Assembly: GCA_963708025.1 (NCBI GenBank) | Contig: CAVPSB010000012.1 | Coordinates: 192,001-256,000 of the forward strand | Direction: 5' to 3' | From: an uncultured Candidatus Rokubacteria bacterium | Lineage (GTDB): Bacteria > Methylomirabilota > Methylomirabilia > Rokubacteriales > DASRDR01 | Length of the DNA stretch: 64,000 bases | In this document: piece by piece, positions 51,474 through 60,868 of the stretch | Layout: each line of letters begins with the position of its first letter | Position numbering within the stretch: position 1 is the stretch's first letter | The notes under the pieces: generated by a model | The model's database searches: none | What the model was told of the DNA's origin: nothing | Seen by the model: only the letters and a program-made list of their open reading frames with translations | Made by a program: the position numbers and the translations under genes

Positions 51474-53195
51474 GTGGGCGAGCGCGTCGATCCGATCACC
51501 GTGTCCGTCATCCAGCACCGCCTCCACGCGATCGTCGAGGAGATGGGCGAGGCGATGCTGCGCACCTCCTACTCGCAGATCCTCAACTCCAGCCGCGACT
51601 TCTCGACCGCGATCTCGGACCCCGAGGGGCGGCTGGTGGCCCAGGCCGAGCACGTCCCCATCCACGTGGGGGCCCTTCCGTGGGCCGTCCAGGCGCTGCG
51701 GAAGTTCTTCGGTGACCGGGTCCGGCCGGGGGACGTTTACCTCCTGAACGACCCCTATCACGGGAACAACCACCTGCCCGATCTGACCGCCTTCGTCCCG
51801 GTGTTCGCGGACGACCGCCTGGTCTTCTGGTCGATCAACCGCTCGCACCAGAGCGACATCGGGGGTGCCACCCACGGCGCCTACAATCCGGGCGCGACCG
51901 AGATCTGGCAGGAGGGGCTCCGGATCACTCCGCTCAAGCTCTACGAGGAAGGCGTCGTCCGGGACGACGTCCTCCACATGATCGCCACCAACCTCCGCCA
52001 CCCCCGCGACTTCCGGGGCGACCTGGCGGCCATGATCGGCTCGGCGCGAGTCGGGGAGCGGCGGCTCCTGGCCCTCCTGGGCGAGTACGGGGTCGAGACG
52101 ACGCTGGCCGGGATCGAGGCGATGCTGGACGGCGCCGAGCGGCAGACGCGGGCCTGCATCGCGACGTGGAAGGACGGCGTCTATCGCGGCGAGGCGTTCC
52201 TGGACGACGACGGCCACCGCTACCAGGACGTCCACGTGCGGGCCACCGTGACCAAGAAGGGCGGGGACCTCACGGTGGACCTCACCGACTCCCACCCGCA
52301 GGTGGTCGGCTTCATCAACTCCTCGTACGCCAACATGCGCTCGGCGGTGGCGATGGCCCTGGCGTACCTGATCGATCCCCACACGCCGAAGAACGACGGC
52401 ACCTTCCGCCCGCTCCGCGTGATCGCCCGCGAGGGCACCGTCGTGTGGGCGAGCCCGCCGGCGCCGGTCACGCTCTGCACGAACCACTGCGCCCAGGAGA
52501 TCGGCGAGGCCATCATCAAGGCGCTGGCCGCCGCCTGCCCGGACCGCGCGATGGCCGGCTGGGGGCGCCGCTTCCGGATCGCCATCCAGGGGCGGGACCC
52601 GCGCTCGGGCCGGCCCTTCATCTGGCACATGTTCCACGCCCGGCCGGGCGGGGGCGCCTCGTCGGCCGGCGACGGCTGGCCGGGAATCGGGGAGTGGCAG
52701 GCCGCCGGCGGCATCAAGTTCGGCTCGGTCGAGGTCACCGAGGTGCGCTTCCCGCTCTTCTTCCGGCGCCACGAGTTCCGGCCGGACTCGGCCGGGGACG
52801 GCCGGTACCGGGGGGGCACCGGTGGCGTGCTCGAGCTGGTGGCCGAGATCGAGGAGCCGGCGACGGCGAACACGGCGGGGGACGGCGTCCGCTACGGCGC
52901 CTGCGGGATGGCCGGCGGCCAGGACGGGCTGCCCCACCGCTACCGGCTCCGCTCGAAGAGCGGCCTCCGGGTGCTCAAGACCAAGGAGGTCGGGATCCCG
53001 GTGGGCCCCGGCGACGTGTTCCTCGTCGAGTCCGGGGGCGGCGGGGGCTGGGGCGACCCGCGGAAGCGGACGGCGGAGGCCCGGGCCGCCGACCTGGCGA
53101 ACGGCTTCGTGACCCGGGACGGCCGCAAGAACGGTGCCGGCCGCGCCCGCCGACCCGCGGCCCGCCCGCCGAAGCGCGCCGGGCGGAGGGGCTGA
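51474..53195 (+). CDS. Hydantoinase B/oxoprolinase family protein
   Basis: EEMG..RTSYS..RDFS, NDPYHGNNHLPD, HQSDIGG, DSAGDGRYRGG, GGGGGWGDP. Confidence 0.93.
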   Translation: MGERVDPITVSVIQHRLHAIVEEMGEAMLRTSYSQILNSSRDFSTAISDPEGRLVAQAEHVPIHVGALPWAVQALRKFFGDRVRPGDVYLLNDPYHGNNHLPDLTAFVPVFADDRLVFWSINRSHQSDIGGATHGAYNPGATEIWQEGLRITPLKLYEEGVVRDDVLHMIATNLRHPRDFRGDLAAMIGSARVGERRLLALLGEYGVETTLAGIEAMLDGAERQTRACIATWKDGVYRGEAFLDDDGHRYQDVHVRATVTKKGGDLTVDLTDSHPQVVGFINSSYANMRSAVAMALAYLIDPHTPKNDGTFRPLRVIAREGTVVWASPPAPVTLCTNHCAQEIGEAIIKALAAACPDRAMAGWGRRFRIAIQGRDPRSGRPFIWHMFHARPGGGASSAGDGWPGIGEWQAAGGIKFGSVEVTEVRFPLFFRRHEFRPDSAGDGRYRGGTGGVLELVAEIEEPATANTAGDGVRYGACGMAGGQDGLPHRYRLRSKSGLRVLKTKEVGIPVGPGDVFLVESGGGGGWGDPRKRTAEARAADLANGFVTRDGRKNGAGRARRPAARPPKRAGRRG

Positions 53196-53199
53196 GCCC

Positions 53200-55239
53200 A
53201 TGTACCGGATCGGCATCGACGTGGGCGGCACCTTCACCGACTTGGTCGCGGTGGACGACGCCGGACGGGTCGTCCTGGCCAAGGCGGCGTCCACGCCCCG
53301 GGACCCCTCCATCGGCGTCCTGGACGGCCTCGGCCGGCTGGCGACCGTCCTCGGCACCGACACACGGAGCTTGCTCCAGACCACCGAGCGCATCGTCCAC
53401 GGCACCACGGTGGCGACGAACGCGCTCCTCGAGCACAAGGGCGCCCGGGTCGGGCTCCTCACGACCGAGGGCCACCGCGACGTCATCGAGATGCGCGAGG
53501 GGCTGAAGGACGACCGCTACAACCTGCGGATGCCGGCGCCCGAGCCGCTGGTCCCGCGCGCGCGGCGAATCGGCGTCCGCGAGCGGCTCCGCGCCGACGG
53601 CCGCGTGGCGACGCCGCTCGATTCGCGCTCGCTCGAGCGCGCCATCGGCCAGCTCAAGCGCGACGCCGTCGAGGCAGTCGCCGTCTGCTACCTGCACGCC
53701 TACCGCGATCCCCGGCACGAGGTGGCGACGCGGGCGGCCCTCGCCAAGGCGCTGCCCGGCGTCTACGTGTCGCTCTCCTCGGAGGTGCTGCCCCAGATCA
53801 AGGAGTACGAGCGGGTCTGCACGACCGTCGTCAACGCCTACGTCGGGCCGATCCTCTCCCGCTATCTGGCCCGGCTCGGCACCCGGCTGAAGGACGCCGG
53901 CTACGCGGCCCCCATCCTCATCATGCAATCGCACGGCGGCGTCGTCCCGATCGACGAGGCCGTGCGGCTCGCGGCCGGCGCGGTCCTCTCGGGACCGGCC
54001 GGGGGTGTCGCCGGGAGCCGGTACTGCGCGCGGCTCCTCGGCGAGGGCAACCTGATCCCGTTCGACATGGGCGGGACCAGCACCGACATCTCGCTGATCG
54101 TCAACGGCGAGCCCCAGCTCGCGGTCGACCGGTCGGTGGCCCTCCAGCGGGTGTCGCTCCCGAGCCTCGACATCGCGAGCCTCGGGGCGGGCGGGGGCTC
54201 GATCGGCTGGGTGGACGCCGGCGGCATCCTGCACGTCGGGCCGGAGAGCGCCGGGGCCGATCCCGGCCCGGCCTGCTATGGCAAGGGCGGCCGGGCGCCC
54301 ACGGTGACCGACGCCAACCTGGTGCTGGGCTACCTCGATCCCGCCAACTTCCTCGGCGGCCAGACCCGGCTCGACGCCCGGGCGGCGCGGACGGTGATCG
54401 AGGCGCTGGCCGAGCGGCTCCACACCGACACCATCGCCACCGCCGACGGGATCCACCAGGTGGTCAACACGCGGATGGCCGAGGGCATCCGGCTCGTCTC
54501 GGTCCGCCGCGGCGTCGATCCCCGGCGGTTCGCCCTGCTGGCGTTCGGAGGCGCGGCGGGCCTCCACATCACCGACGTGGCCCGGCGGCTCGAGATCCGG
54601 CGCGTGGTGCTGCCCCGGGTGGCGGCGGTGCTGTCGGCGTGGGGCATGCTGGCGACCGACCTCCGCTACGAGGTCGTGCGCACCCACATCGGCGACGTGA
54701 AGACGATGGGAGAGGTGGCGCTGCGGCGGGTCCTGGCCCAGATGGAGGCGGAGGGCCGGAAGCGGCTCCGGGCGGCGTTCAAGGGCCCGGTCCGGATCCA
54801 GCGGGCCGTGGACATGCGGTACGGGGAGCAGATCTTCGAGATCGGCGTATCGCTCGACGGCCTCGACCTCGGCGCGCCGGACCTCATGAAGGAGGTGGTG
54901 GAGCGCTTCCACCGCCGGCACGAGGAGCTGTACACCTACAGCGTCCGGGACCAGGAGGTGGTGCTGGTCAACGCCCGGGTGGCGGTGGTCGGCGAGCTGC
55001 CCGAGCTGCCCCGGGAGCCGGCGGTGACGGCCCGGACGGCGGCGGCGCCGCGGACCCGGCGCCGGGTCTATCTCGGCGACTGGCGCGAGGTGCCGGTCTT
55101 CGACCTGGAGGCCGTCGCCCCGGGCCAGCGGCTGGAAGGCCCGGCAGTCGTGGAGGCGGCGACCACGACCGTGCTGCTCCGGGCTGGCGAGCGGGCGGTG
55201 GTGACATCGCTCGGATGGCTCGACATTTCAATCAGTTGA
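53200..55239 (+). CDS. Hydantoinase A/oxoprolinase family protein
   Basis: IDVGGTFTD, HGTTVATN, SGPAGG, DMGGTSTD, GAGGGS, FGGAAGLH. Confidence 0.93.
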   Translation: MYRIGIDVGGTFTDLVAVDDAGRVVLAKAASTPRDPSIGVLDGLGRLATVLGTDTRSLLQTTERIVHGTTVATNALLEHKGARVGLLTTEGHRDVIEMREGLKDDRYNLRMPAPEPLVPRARRIGVRERLRADGRVATPLDSRSLERAIGQLKRDAVEAVAVCYLHAYRDPRHEVATRAALAKALPGVYVSLSSEVLPQIKEYERVCTTVVNAYVGPILSRYLARLGTRLKDAGYAAPILIMQSHGGVVPIDEAVRLAAGAVLSGPAGGVAGSRYCARLLGEGNLIPFDMGGTSTDISLIVNGEPQLAVDRSVALQRVSLPSLDIASLGAGGGSIGWVDAGGILHVGPESAGADPGPACYGKGGRAPTVTDANLVLGYLDPANFLGGQTRLDARAARTVIEALAERLHTDTIATADGIHQVVNTRMAEGIRLVSVRRGVDPRRFALLAFGGAAGLHITDVARRLEIRRVVLPRVAAVLSAWGMLATDLRYEVVRTHIGDVKTMGEVALRRVLAQMEAEGRKRLRAAFKGPVRIQRAVDMRYGEQIFEIGVSLDGLDLGAPDLMKEVVERFHRRHEELYTYSVRDQEVVLVNARVAVVGELPELPREPAVTARTAAAPRTRRRVYLGDWREVPVFDLEAVAPGQRLEGPAVVEAATTTVLLRAGERAVVTSLGWLDISIS

Positions 55240-55249
55240 GGAGGAAGCC

Positions 55250-56488
55250 ATGCGAAGGATCATGATCGGGGTCGGGCTCGTGACGGTTTTCCTGCTGGCC
55301 GGGCTGACGGCGGCGCCGCCGGCCGGGGCGGCCGACGAGGTCCGGATCGGTGTGCTCTCGCCGATGACGGGCCCCAACGCGAAGTTCGGGGCGATCCAGA
55401 AGAACACGCTGACGCTGGCAGTCGAGGACCTCAACCAGGCCGGCGGCATCAAGTCGATGGGCGGGGCGAAGATCCGGCTGGTCTTCGGCGACACGCGGGG
55501 CGAGGCCGACATCGGGGTGACGGAGACCGAGCGGCTGATCACCAAGGAGAAGGTTCACGCCCTGATCGGCGCCTTCCAGAGCGGGGTTGGCTTCCCGTCC
55601 TCGGCGGTGGCCGAGCGCTACCAGGTCCCGTGGCTCACCTTCGGGACGTTCGACCGGATCACTCAGCGCGGCTTCAAGTACGTCTTCCGGGCCCACGCCA
55701 ACGACACCATCAAGGCGCGGACCCTCATCGAGGGCCTCGCCGCCATCGCCAAGCGGTCGGGCGGGGTGAAGAGCGCGGTGATCTTCAGCGAGAACACCGA
55801 CTGGGGAAAGTCGGTCGGCGACAAGCAGAAGGGCTTCCTGGAGACCCAGGGGGTGAAGGTCCACTTCGTCGAGCACTACCCCTTCGCGGCCCCCGACCTC
55901 ACCTCGATGGTGGTGAAGGCCAAGGGGCTCCAGCCCGAGCTGGTCGTCGCGAACTCCTACCTGGGCGACGCGCTCCTGATCACCCGCCAGATGGACGAGC
56001 AGGAGCTGCGGCCTCAGGTGTACGCGGCCGGCGGCGGCGGGCACCTCCAGCCCGACTACCTCAAGGGCGCCGGCAAGCTGGCCGAGGGCGTGTTCGCCGC
56101 CACGATGTGGGACGCGGCGGTCGGGAAGGCGGTGCCCTGGATCAAGGCCGAGAACGACCGGCACGTCGCCCGCTTCGGCATGCCGATGACCGAGGACTCG
56201 GCCGGCTACTACCAGGGGTTCCAGATCATCGTGGACGCGCTGGAGCGGGCCAAGACCTCCGAGGCCAAGGCGCTGCGCGACGCGATCGCCGCCACCAGCA
56301 TCACCGACATCAACCACAAGGCGATGCTGCTGCCCTACAAGCAGATCCGGTTCGACGAGACCGGCCAGAACCCGTTCGCCACCGCCATGGTGGTCCAGAT
56401 CCAGGACGGGAAGTTCCGCCTCGTCGCTCCGGAGCACGTGGCCGAGCCCGACGCCAAGGTGATCTGGCCGTATCCGCGGTCCAAGTAG
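55250..56488 (+). CDS. Branched-chain amino acid-type ABC substrate-binding protein
   Basis: Signal peptide, IGVLSPMTG, NQAGGI, ENTDWG. Confidence 0.9.
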   Translation: MRRIMIGVGLVTVFLLAGLTAAPPAGAADEVRIGVLSPMTGPNAKFGAIQKNTLTLAVEDLNQAGGIKSMGGAKIRLVFGDTRGEADIGVTETERLITKEKVHALIGAFQSGVGFPSSAVAERYQVPWLTFGTFDRITQRGFKYVFRAHANDTIKARTLIEGLAAIAKRSGGVKSAVIFSENTDWGKSVGDKQKGFLETQGVKVHFVEHYPFAAPDLTSMVVKAKGLQPELVVANSYLGDALLITRQMDEQELRPQVYAAGGGGHLQPDYLKGAGKLAEGVFAATMWDAAVGKAVPWIKAENDRHVARFGMPMTEDSAGYYQGFQIIVDALERAKTSEAKALRDAIAATSITDINHKAMLLPYKQIRFDETGQNPFATAMVVQIQDGKFRLVAPEHVAEPDAKVIWPYPRSK

Positions 56489-56542
56489 GCTGATCGGCGC
56501 GGGGCACCCCGCCGGCCGGGGCCCCGCGCCTCCCCCTCTTCG

Positions 56543-57421
56543 GTGCGGACACTCCTGCAGGGCGCGATCGGCGGCCTCCTGATCGGGGGCGTCTACGCCC
56601 TGGTGGCGCTCGGACTCAACATCGTCTTCGGCACGATGCGGGTCGTCAACTTCGCCCAGGGCACGCTCCTCATGGTCGGGATGTTCGGCGTCTACTGGCT
56701 GTGGGCCCTGACCGGCCTCCACCCGTACCTCTCGCCGCTGGTCACCGTCCCCCTGCTCTTCGGCCTCGGGTACCTCGTCCAGCAGACGCTGGTCGCGCCC
56801 CTGTTCGCCCGCGAGCGGGGCCGGGAGCCGATGAGCGTCCTCCTTCTCACCCTCGGGCTGGCCCTCGTGCTCGAGAACCTCGCCCTGCTCCTTTTCGCCG
56901 CCGACTTCAAGACCGTCGACACCAGCATCGGGCGCCAGACCTTCAAGGTAGCCGGCCTCATCGTCAGCGTGCCGCGGCTCGTCGGCCTGGGCGCGATGCT
57001 GGCGACCGGCGCCGGGCTCTACCTCTTCTTCACGCGGACAGACCTCGGCCGGGCCATCCGGGCCACCGGCCAGGACCGGCAGGTGGCGCGGCTCATGGGC
57101 ATCGACGACCGGCGGATCTACAACGTCGCGTTCGGGCTCAGCGCCGGCCTCATGGGGATCGCGGCCGCCGTCCTGGTCCCGTTCTTCTACGTCCACCCGG
57201 CGGTCGGGACGTCGTTCCTCCTCAGGGCGTTCGTGATCGTCGTCCTGGGCGGTCTCGGCAGCATGCCGGGCGCGGTGCTGGGCGGCCTCCTCGTCGGCGT
57301 GATCGAGGGCCTGGTCGGCCTCTACGTCCAGGCGGCGGCCGCCCAGATCGTGCTGTTCGCGATCTTCATCGCCATGGTGTTCGCTCGGCCGACCGGACTT
57401 CTCGGCGTGGAGCGCCAGTGA
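56543..57421 (+). CDS. LivH-like ABC permease
   Basis: YALVALGLNIVFG..NFAQG, VVLGGLGS. Confidence 0.92.
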   Translation: MRTLLQGAIGGLLIGGVYALVALGLNIVFGTMRVVNFAQGTLLMVGMFGVYWLWALTGLHPYLSPLVTVPLLFGLGYLVQQTLVAPLFARERGREPMSVLLLTLGLALVLENLALLLFAADFKTVDTSIGRQTFKVAGLIVSVPRLVGLGAMLATGAGLYLFFTRTDLGRAIRATGQDRQVARLMGIDDRRIYNVAFGLSAGLMGIAAAVLVPFFYVHPAVGTSFLLRAFVIVVLGGLGSMPGAVLGGLLVGVIEGLVGLYVQAAAAQIVLFAIFIAMVFARPTGLLGVERQ

Positions 57422-57474
57422 GACATCTCGAGCTAGCCGCTTCATTCCGACGACGCCGTACCCCACCGGGATTG

Positions 57475-57554
57475 CGGGTTGCCCCCCCTCCCCCCGCCGA
57501 AGGCCGAAGGCCGTCCGATCGCCCGGGAGGGGTCGCCACAGGCCGAAGGCCGTC
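57475..57554 (+). repeat. Intergenic repeat family 2, copy 2
   Basis: Matches 26799-26855; AGGCCGAAGGCCGTC present twice. Confidence 0.75.
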
Positions 57555-57575
57555 AAAGGGTGGGGGTGGACCCGA

Positions 57576-59423
57576 ATGAACATGAACCGGACGGAGCGGT
57601 TGATCGGCCTCGGTCTCGGCGGGCTCGTCGTCGCCGCCGTCGCGCTGGTGCCGGTGGCGACGCGTCTCGTCCTGGCCGACGACAACTACTGGCTCCAAGT
57701 GGCCATCTGGGTCCTGTTCTTCGCGTACCTTTCCGCGGCCTGGAATCTGATCGGCGGCTTCGCCGGCCAGTACTCGATCGGCCACGCCGGGCTGCTCGGC
57801 ATCGGCGCCTACGCCTCGTCGCTCCTCTACATCCACGTCGGGCTCTCCCCCTGGCTCGGCATGCTGGCCGGCGGCGTGGTGGCGGCGATCGTGGGCGGGG
57901 TGATCGGCTACCCGTGCTTCCGCCTGCGGGGCGCCTTCTTCTCCCTGGTCACCATCGCGTTCGCGGAGATGCTCCGGGTGGGCACGGAACTGACCGACAC
58001 GCTCTTCGGGCTCGAGGTCAACGGGGTGAGCGGCCTCCTCCTGCCGGTCCGCGGCCACGACCCGGCCGCGTTCCAGTTCGTGGACAAGCGCTTCTACTAC
58101 TACGTGATGCTGGCGCTGCTCCTCGCCGTCCTGGCGGTGGGCTGGGCGGTGAAGCGCTCGCGGCTCGGCTTCTACCTGGCGGCGATCGGCGACGACGAGG
58201 ACGCGGTGTCGAGCCTCGGGATCAACCCGGCCCGGGCCAAGCTGGCCGCGATGCTGCTCTCGGCTTTCTTCACCGCGATGGCGGGCACGTTCTACGCTCA
58301 GTTCATCCTGTTCATCACGCCGACCCGGACGATGGGCCTCGACTTCTCGGTGCAGATGGTGATCATGGCGGTCCTCGGCGGATTGGGCACGGTGCTCGGC
58401 CCGGTCTACGGCGCGCTCATCCTGGTGCCGATCGCCGAGCTGACCCGGGCGACGTGGGGCGGGGGGCTCCAGGGGGCGCACCTCATCGTCTACGGTGCCC
58501 TGCTCATGGGCGTCATCCTGTACGCGCCCCAGGGCGTCGAGGGCTGGGTCCGCCGCCGGGCCGCCGGGCTCGTCCGGTGGCTGGCCGCCCGGGTGGCGCC
58601 ACCGGCGCCGTCGGCGGCCCCCGTGGTCGCCAATCGCCCGGAGATCGTCCTCCCGGACGGCGCGCTGCTCGGGGACCGCCCGGCGGCGGGCGCCGGCGCG
58701 CCGCGTCTGGTGCTCGGCCAGGTCGGCCGCCGGTTCGGCGGCGCGGTGGCGCTCCGCGACTTCACCCTCCAGGTCGAGCCGGGCGAGGCCGTAGGGCTGA
58801 TCGGCCCGAACGGGGCCGGGAAGACGACGGTCTTCAACCTGGTCACCGGCTTCCTCCGGCCGAGCGCCGGCGCCATCGCCTACGGCGGCATCGACCTCAC
58901 CCGCCTCCGCCCCGACGCCATCAACCGGCTGGGCATCGCCCGCACGTTCCAGATCGTCCGGCCCTTCACCCGGCTCACCACGCGCGACAACGTCGTGGTG
59001 GCCGCCCTGCCGCGGGCCCGCGGGATCGCCGAGGCCCGGCGGGAGGCCGAGCGCTGCCTGGCCTTCGTCGGCCTCCGGCACCGGGCGGCGGTGCTCGCCG
59101 ACGGCCTGAGCACGGGGGAGCGGAAGCGGCTCGAGCTGGCCCGGGCCCTGGCGACCCGGCCGCGGCTCCTGCTCCTCGACGAGGTCATGGGCGGCGTCGA
59201 CCAGGCCAGCCTGCCCGGGCTGGTGGCGCTCATCCAGAAGATCAAGCGGGAAGGCCTGACCCTCCTGATCATCGAGCACAACCTCCGCGCCGTGACCGCG
59301 GTCGCCGACCGCCTGGTGATGCTGCACCTCGGGGAGAAGGTCTGCGAAGGCCTGCCGGATGCCGTCGTCCGCGACCCCCAGGTCGTGGAGATCTACGTGG
59401 GAGGGGCGCCTGCTCTCCGTTGA
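57576..59423 (+). CDS. Fused LivM permease-LivG ATPase
   Basis: WNLIGGFAGQYSIGH TM domain, then GPNGAGKTT and LLDE. Confidence 0.9.
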   Translation: MNMNRTERLIGLGLGGLVVAAVALVPVATRLVLADDNYWLQVAIWVLFFAYLSAAWNLIGGFAGQYSIGHAGLLGIGAYASSLLYIHVGLSPWLGMLAGGVVAAIVGGVIGYPCFRLRGAFFSLVTIAFAEMLRVGTELTDTLFGLEVNGVSGLLLPVRGHDPAAFQFVDKRFYYYVMLALLLAVLAVGWAVKRSRLGFYLAAIGDDEDAVSSLGINPARAKLAAMLLSAFFTAMAGTFYAQFILFITPTRTMGLDFSVQMVIMAVLGGLGTVLGPVYGALILVPIAELTRATWGGGLQGAHLIVYGALLMGVILYAPQGVEGWVRRRAAGLVRWLAARVAPPAPSAAPVVANRPEIVLPDGALLGDRPAAGAGAPRLVLGQVGRRFGGAVALRDFTLQVEPGEAVGLIGPNGAGKTTVFNLVTGFLRPSAGAIAYGGIDLTRLRPDAINRLGIARTFQIVRPFTRLTTRDNVVVAALPRARGIAEARREAERCLAFVGLRHRAAVLADGLSTGERKRLELARALATRPRLLLLDEVMGGVDQASLPGLVALIQKIKREGLTLLIIEHNLRAVTAVADRLVMLHLGEKVCEGLPDAVVRDPQVVEIYVGGAPALR

Positions 59424-60135
59424 GGCGCTCGAGGTCCGCTACGGCGGCTACCTGGCCCTGAGCGGGGTGTCGCTCGAGGTCGGCCCGGGGGAAGTGGCGT
59501 GCCTCATGGGGGCCAACGGCTCGGGGAAGAGCTCGCTCCTCAACGCGGTCTCCGGCCTGGTGCGGCCGGCGGCGGGCACGGTGCGCTTCGACCGGCGCCC
59601 GATCACCGAGGTGCCCACGCATCGCCTTCTCGGGCTCGGGCTCGCCCACGTCCTGGAGCGGCGGCGGCTGTTCCCCTATATGACCGTGCTCGAGAACCTG
59701 CTGCTCGGCGCGTACCTGCCGGCCCTGCGCCCCGAGCGGGCGGCGGCGCTGGAGCGGGTGTACGCGCTCTTCCCGGTCCTCCGGGAGCGGGCCCGCCAGC
59801 TCGCCTCGACGCTCTCCGGCGGCGAGCAGCAGATGGTGGCCATCGCGCGGGCCCTGATGGCGCGTCCGCGGTTCCTCATGATGGACGAGCCGTTCCTGGG
59901 GCTGGCCCCCCGGCTCGTGCTCACGATGGCCGAGACGATCCAGCGGATCAACGCCGAGGGCGTCACCGTGCTCTTCACGGAGCAGAACATCCAGCAGTCC
60001 CTGGCCATCTCCCACCGGGGCTACGTGCTCGAGAGCGGGCGGCTCGTCATGGCCGGCCGGAGCGCCGACCTCCTCGCCGACGAGCGCCTCCATCGCGCCT
60101 ACATGGGGCTGGACGGCGGAGCGACCGTCAGCTAG
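59410..60135 (+). CDS. LivF-like ABC ATPase; apparent CTG start
   Basis: GANGSGKS, LSGGEQQM, MDEP; GGAGGGG SD-like sequence just before CTG 59410. Confidence 0.88.
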   Translation: MLSVEALEVRYGGYLALSGVSLEVGPGEVACLMGANGSGKSSLLNAVSGLVRPAAGTVRFDRRPITEVPTHRLLGLGLAHVLERRRLFPYMTVLENLLLGAYLPALRPERAAALERVYALFPVLRERARQLASTLSGGEQQMVAIARALMARPRFLMMDEPFLGLAPRLVLTMAETIQRINAEGVTVLFTEQNIQQSLAISHRGYVLESGRLVMAGRSADLLADERLHRAYMGLDGGATVS

Positions 60136-60721
60136 CCGAGAGGCTCCTCGCGATGCCGGCTCAGGTGGCTTCCGTTGGGGGCTGAATCATGTTCAGGATT
60201 GGGCGGGCCAGATAGAGTCGGCCCCACGCGCGCCCGGTAATCTCCTGGAGTATCCCCTGCTTCTCCAGCTGCGCGACGACCTGGCGAGCAGTTGGATTCG
60301 AGACGCCGAGCGCCTTGGCTGCGCGCGCGACCGTGACGTATGGGTTCATGAAGAGCTCGTCGACGAGCGCCAGAGCCCTGGGCTTCCCGCGCAGGGTACC
60401 CCGCCACCGCTCGCGCAAGGCCATGAGGTCGCCGGCCCGTTGCACCGCTTCACGGGCGGCCTCCGTGATGCCGACGAGGAAGAAATGGAGCCAGCTGGTC
60501 CAGTCACCGTGGGTCCTCACCCGCTGTAGGCAGTCGTAGTATTCGCCGCGGTGCCGCTCGCAGAAAGCGGACCAGTACAGAAGCGGCTGGGACAAGCGGC
60601 CTCGCTCGATCAGGAACAGCGGGATCAGGGGTACTGCTCGAGAGCCCGCGGCTTGTCCGGGCCGGCCGGAGCGCCGACCTCCTGCGCCTCCACCGCGCCT
60701 ACATGGGCCTGGACGGCGGAG
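60026..60721 (+). repeat. Imperfect direct repeat of the livF 3' end (60026-60121 and 60635-60721)
   Basis: Shared TGCTCGAGAGC, GGCCGGCCGGAGCGCCGACCTCCT, GCGCCTCCA.CGCGCCTACATGGG.CTGGACGGCGGAG. Confidence 0.85.
60161..60630 (-). pseudogene. Fic-family protein, C-terminal half with HTH
   Basis: LIPLFLIERGRLSQPLLY.S..ERHRGEYYD.LQRVRTHGDW..W..FFL; catalytic HPFxDGNGR absent. Confidence 0.8.
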
Positions 60722-60868
60722 GTCGGGGCGCCGGCCGGGGGGCACCGGCCGGGGGGCGCCTTGACGCCTGGCCGGCGGCCGTGGTACTGGGCGGCTACAG
60801 CGCCAGGGGGGCCAAGGAGTCGTTCGGATGGCAATGCACCCAGCGTGCAGAGAGGATCGGTGAGCGCG

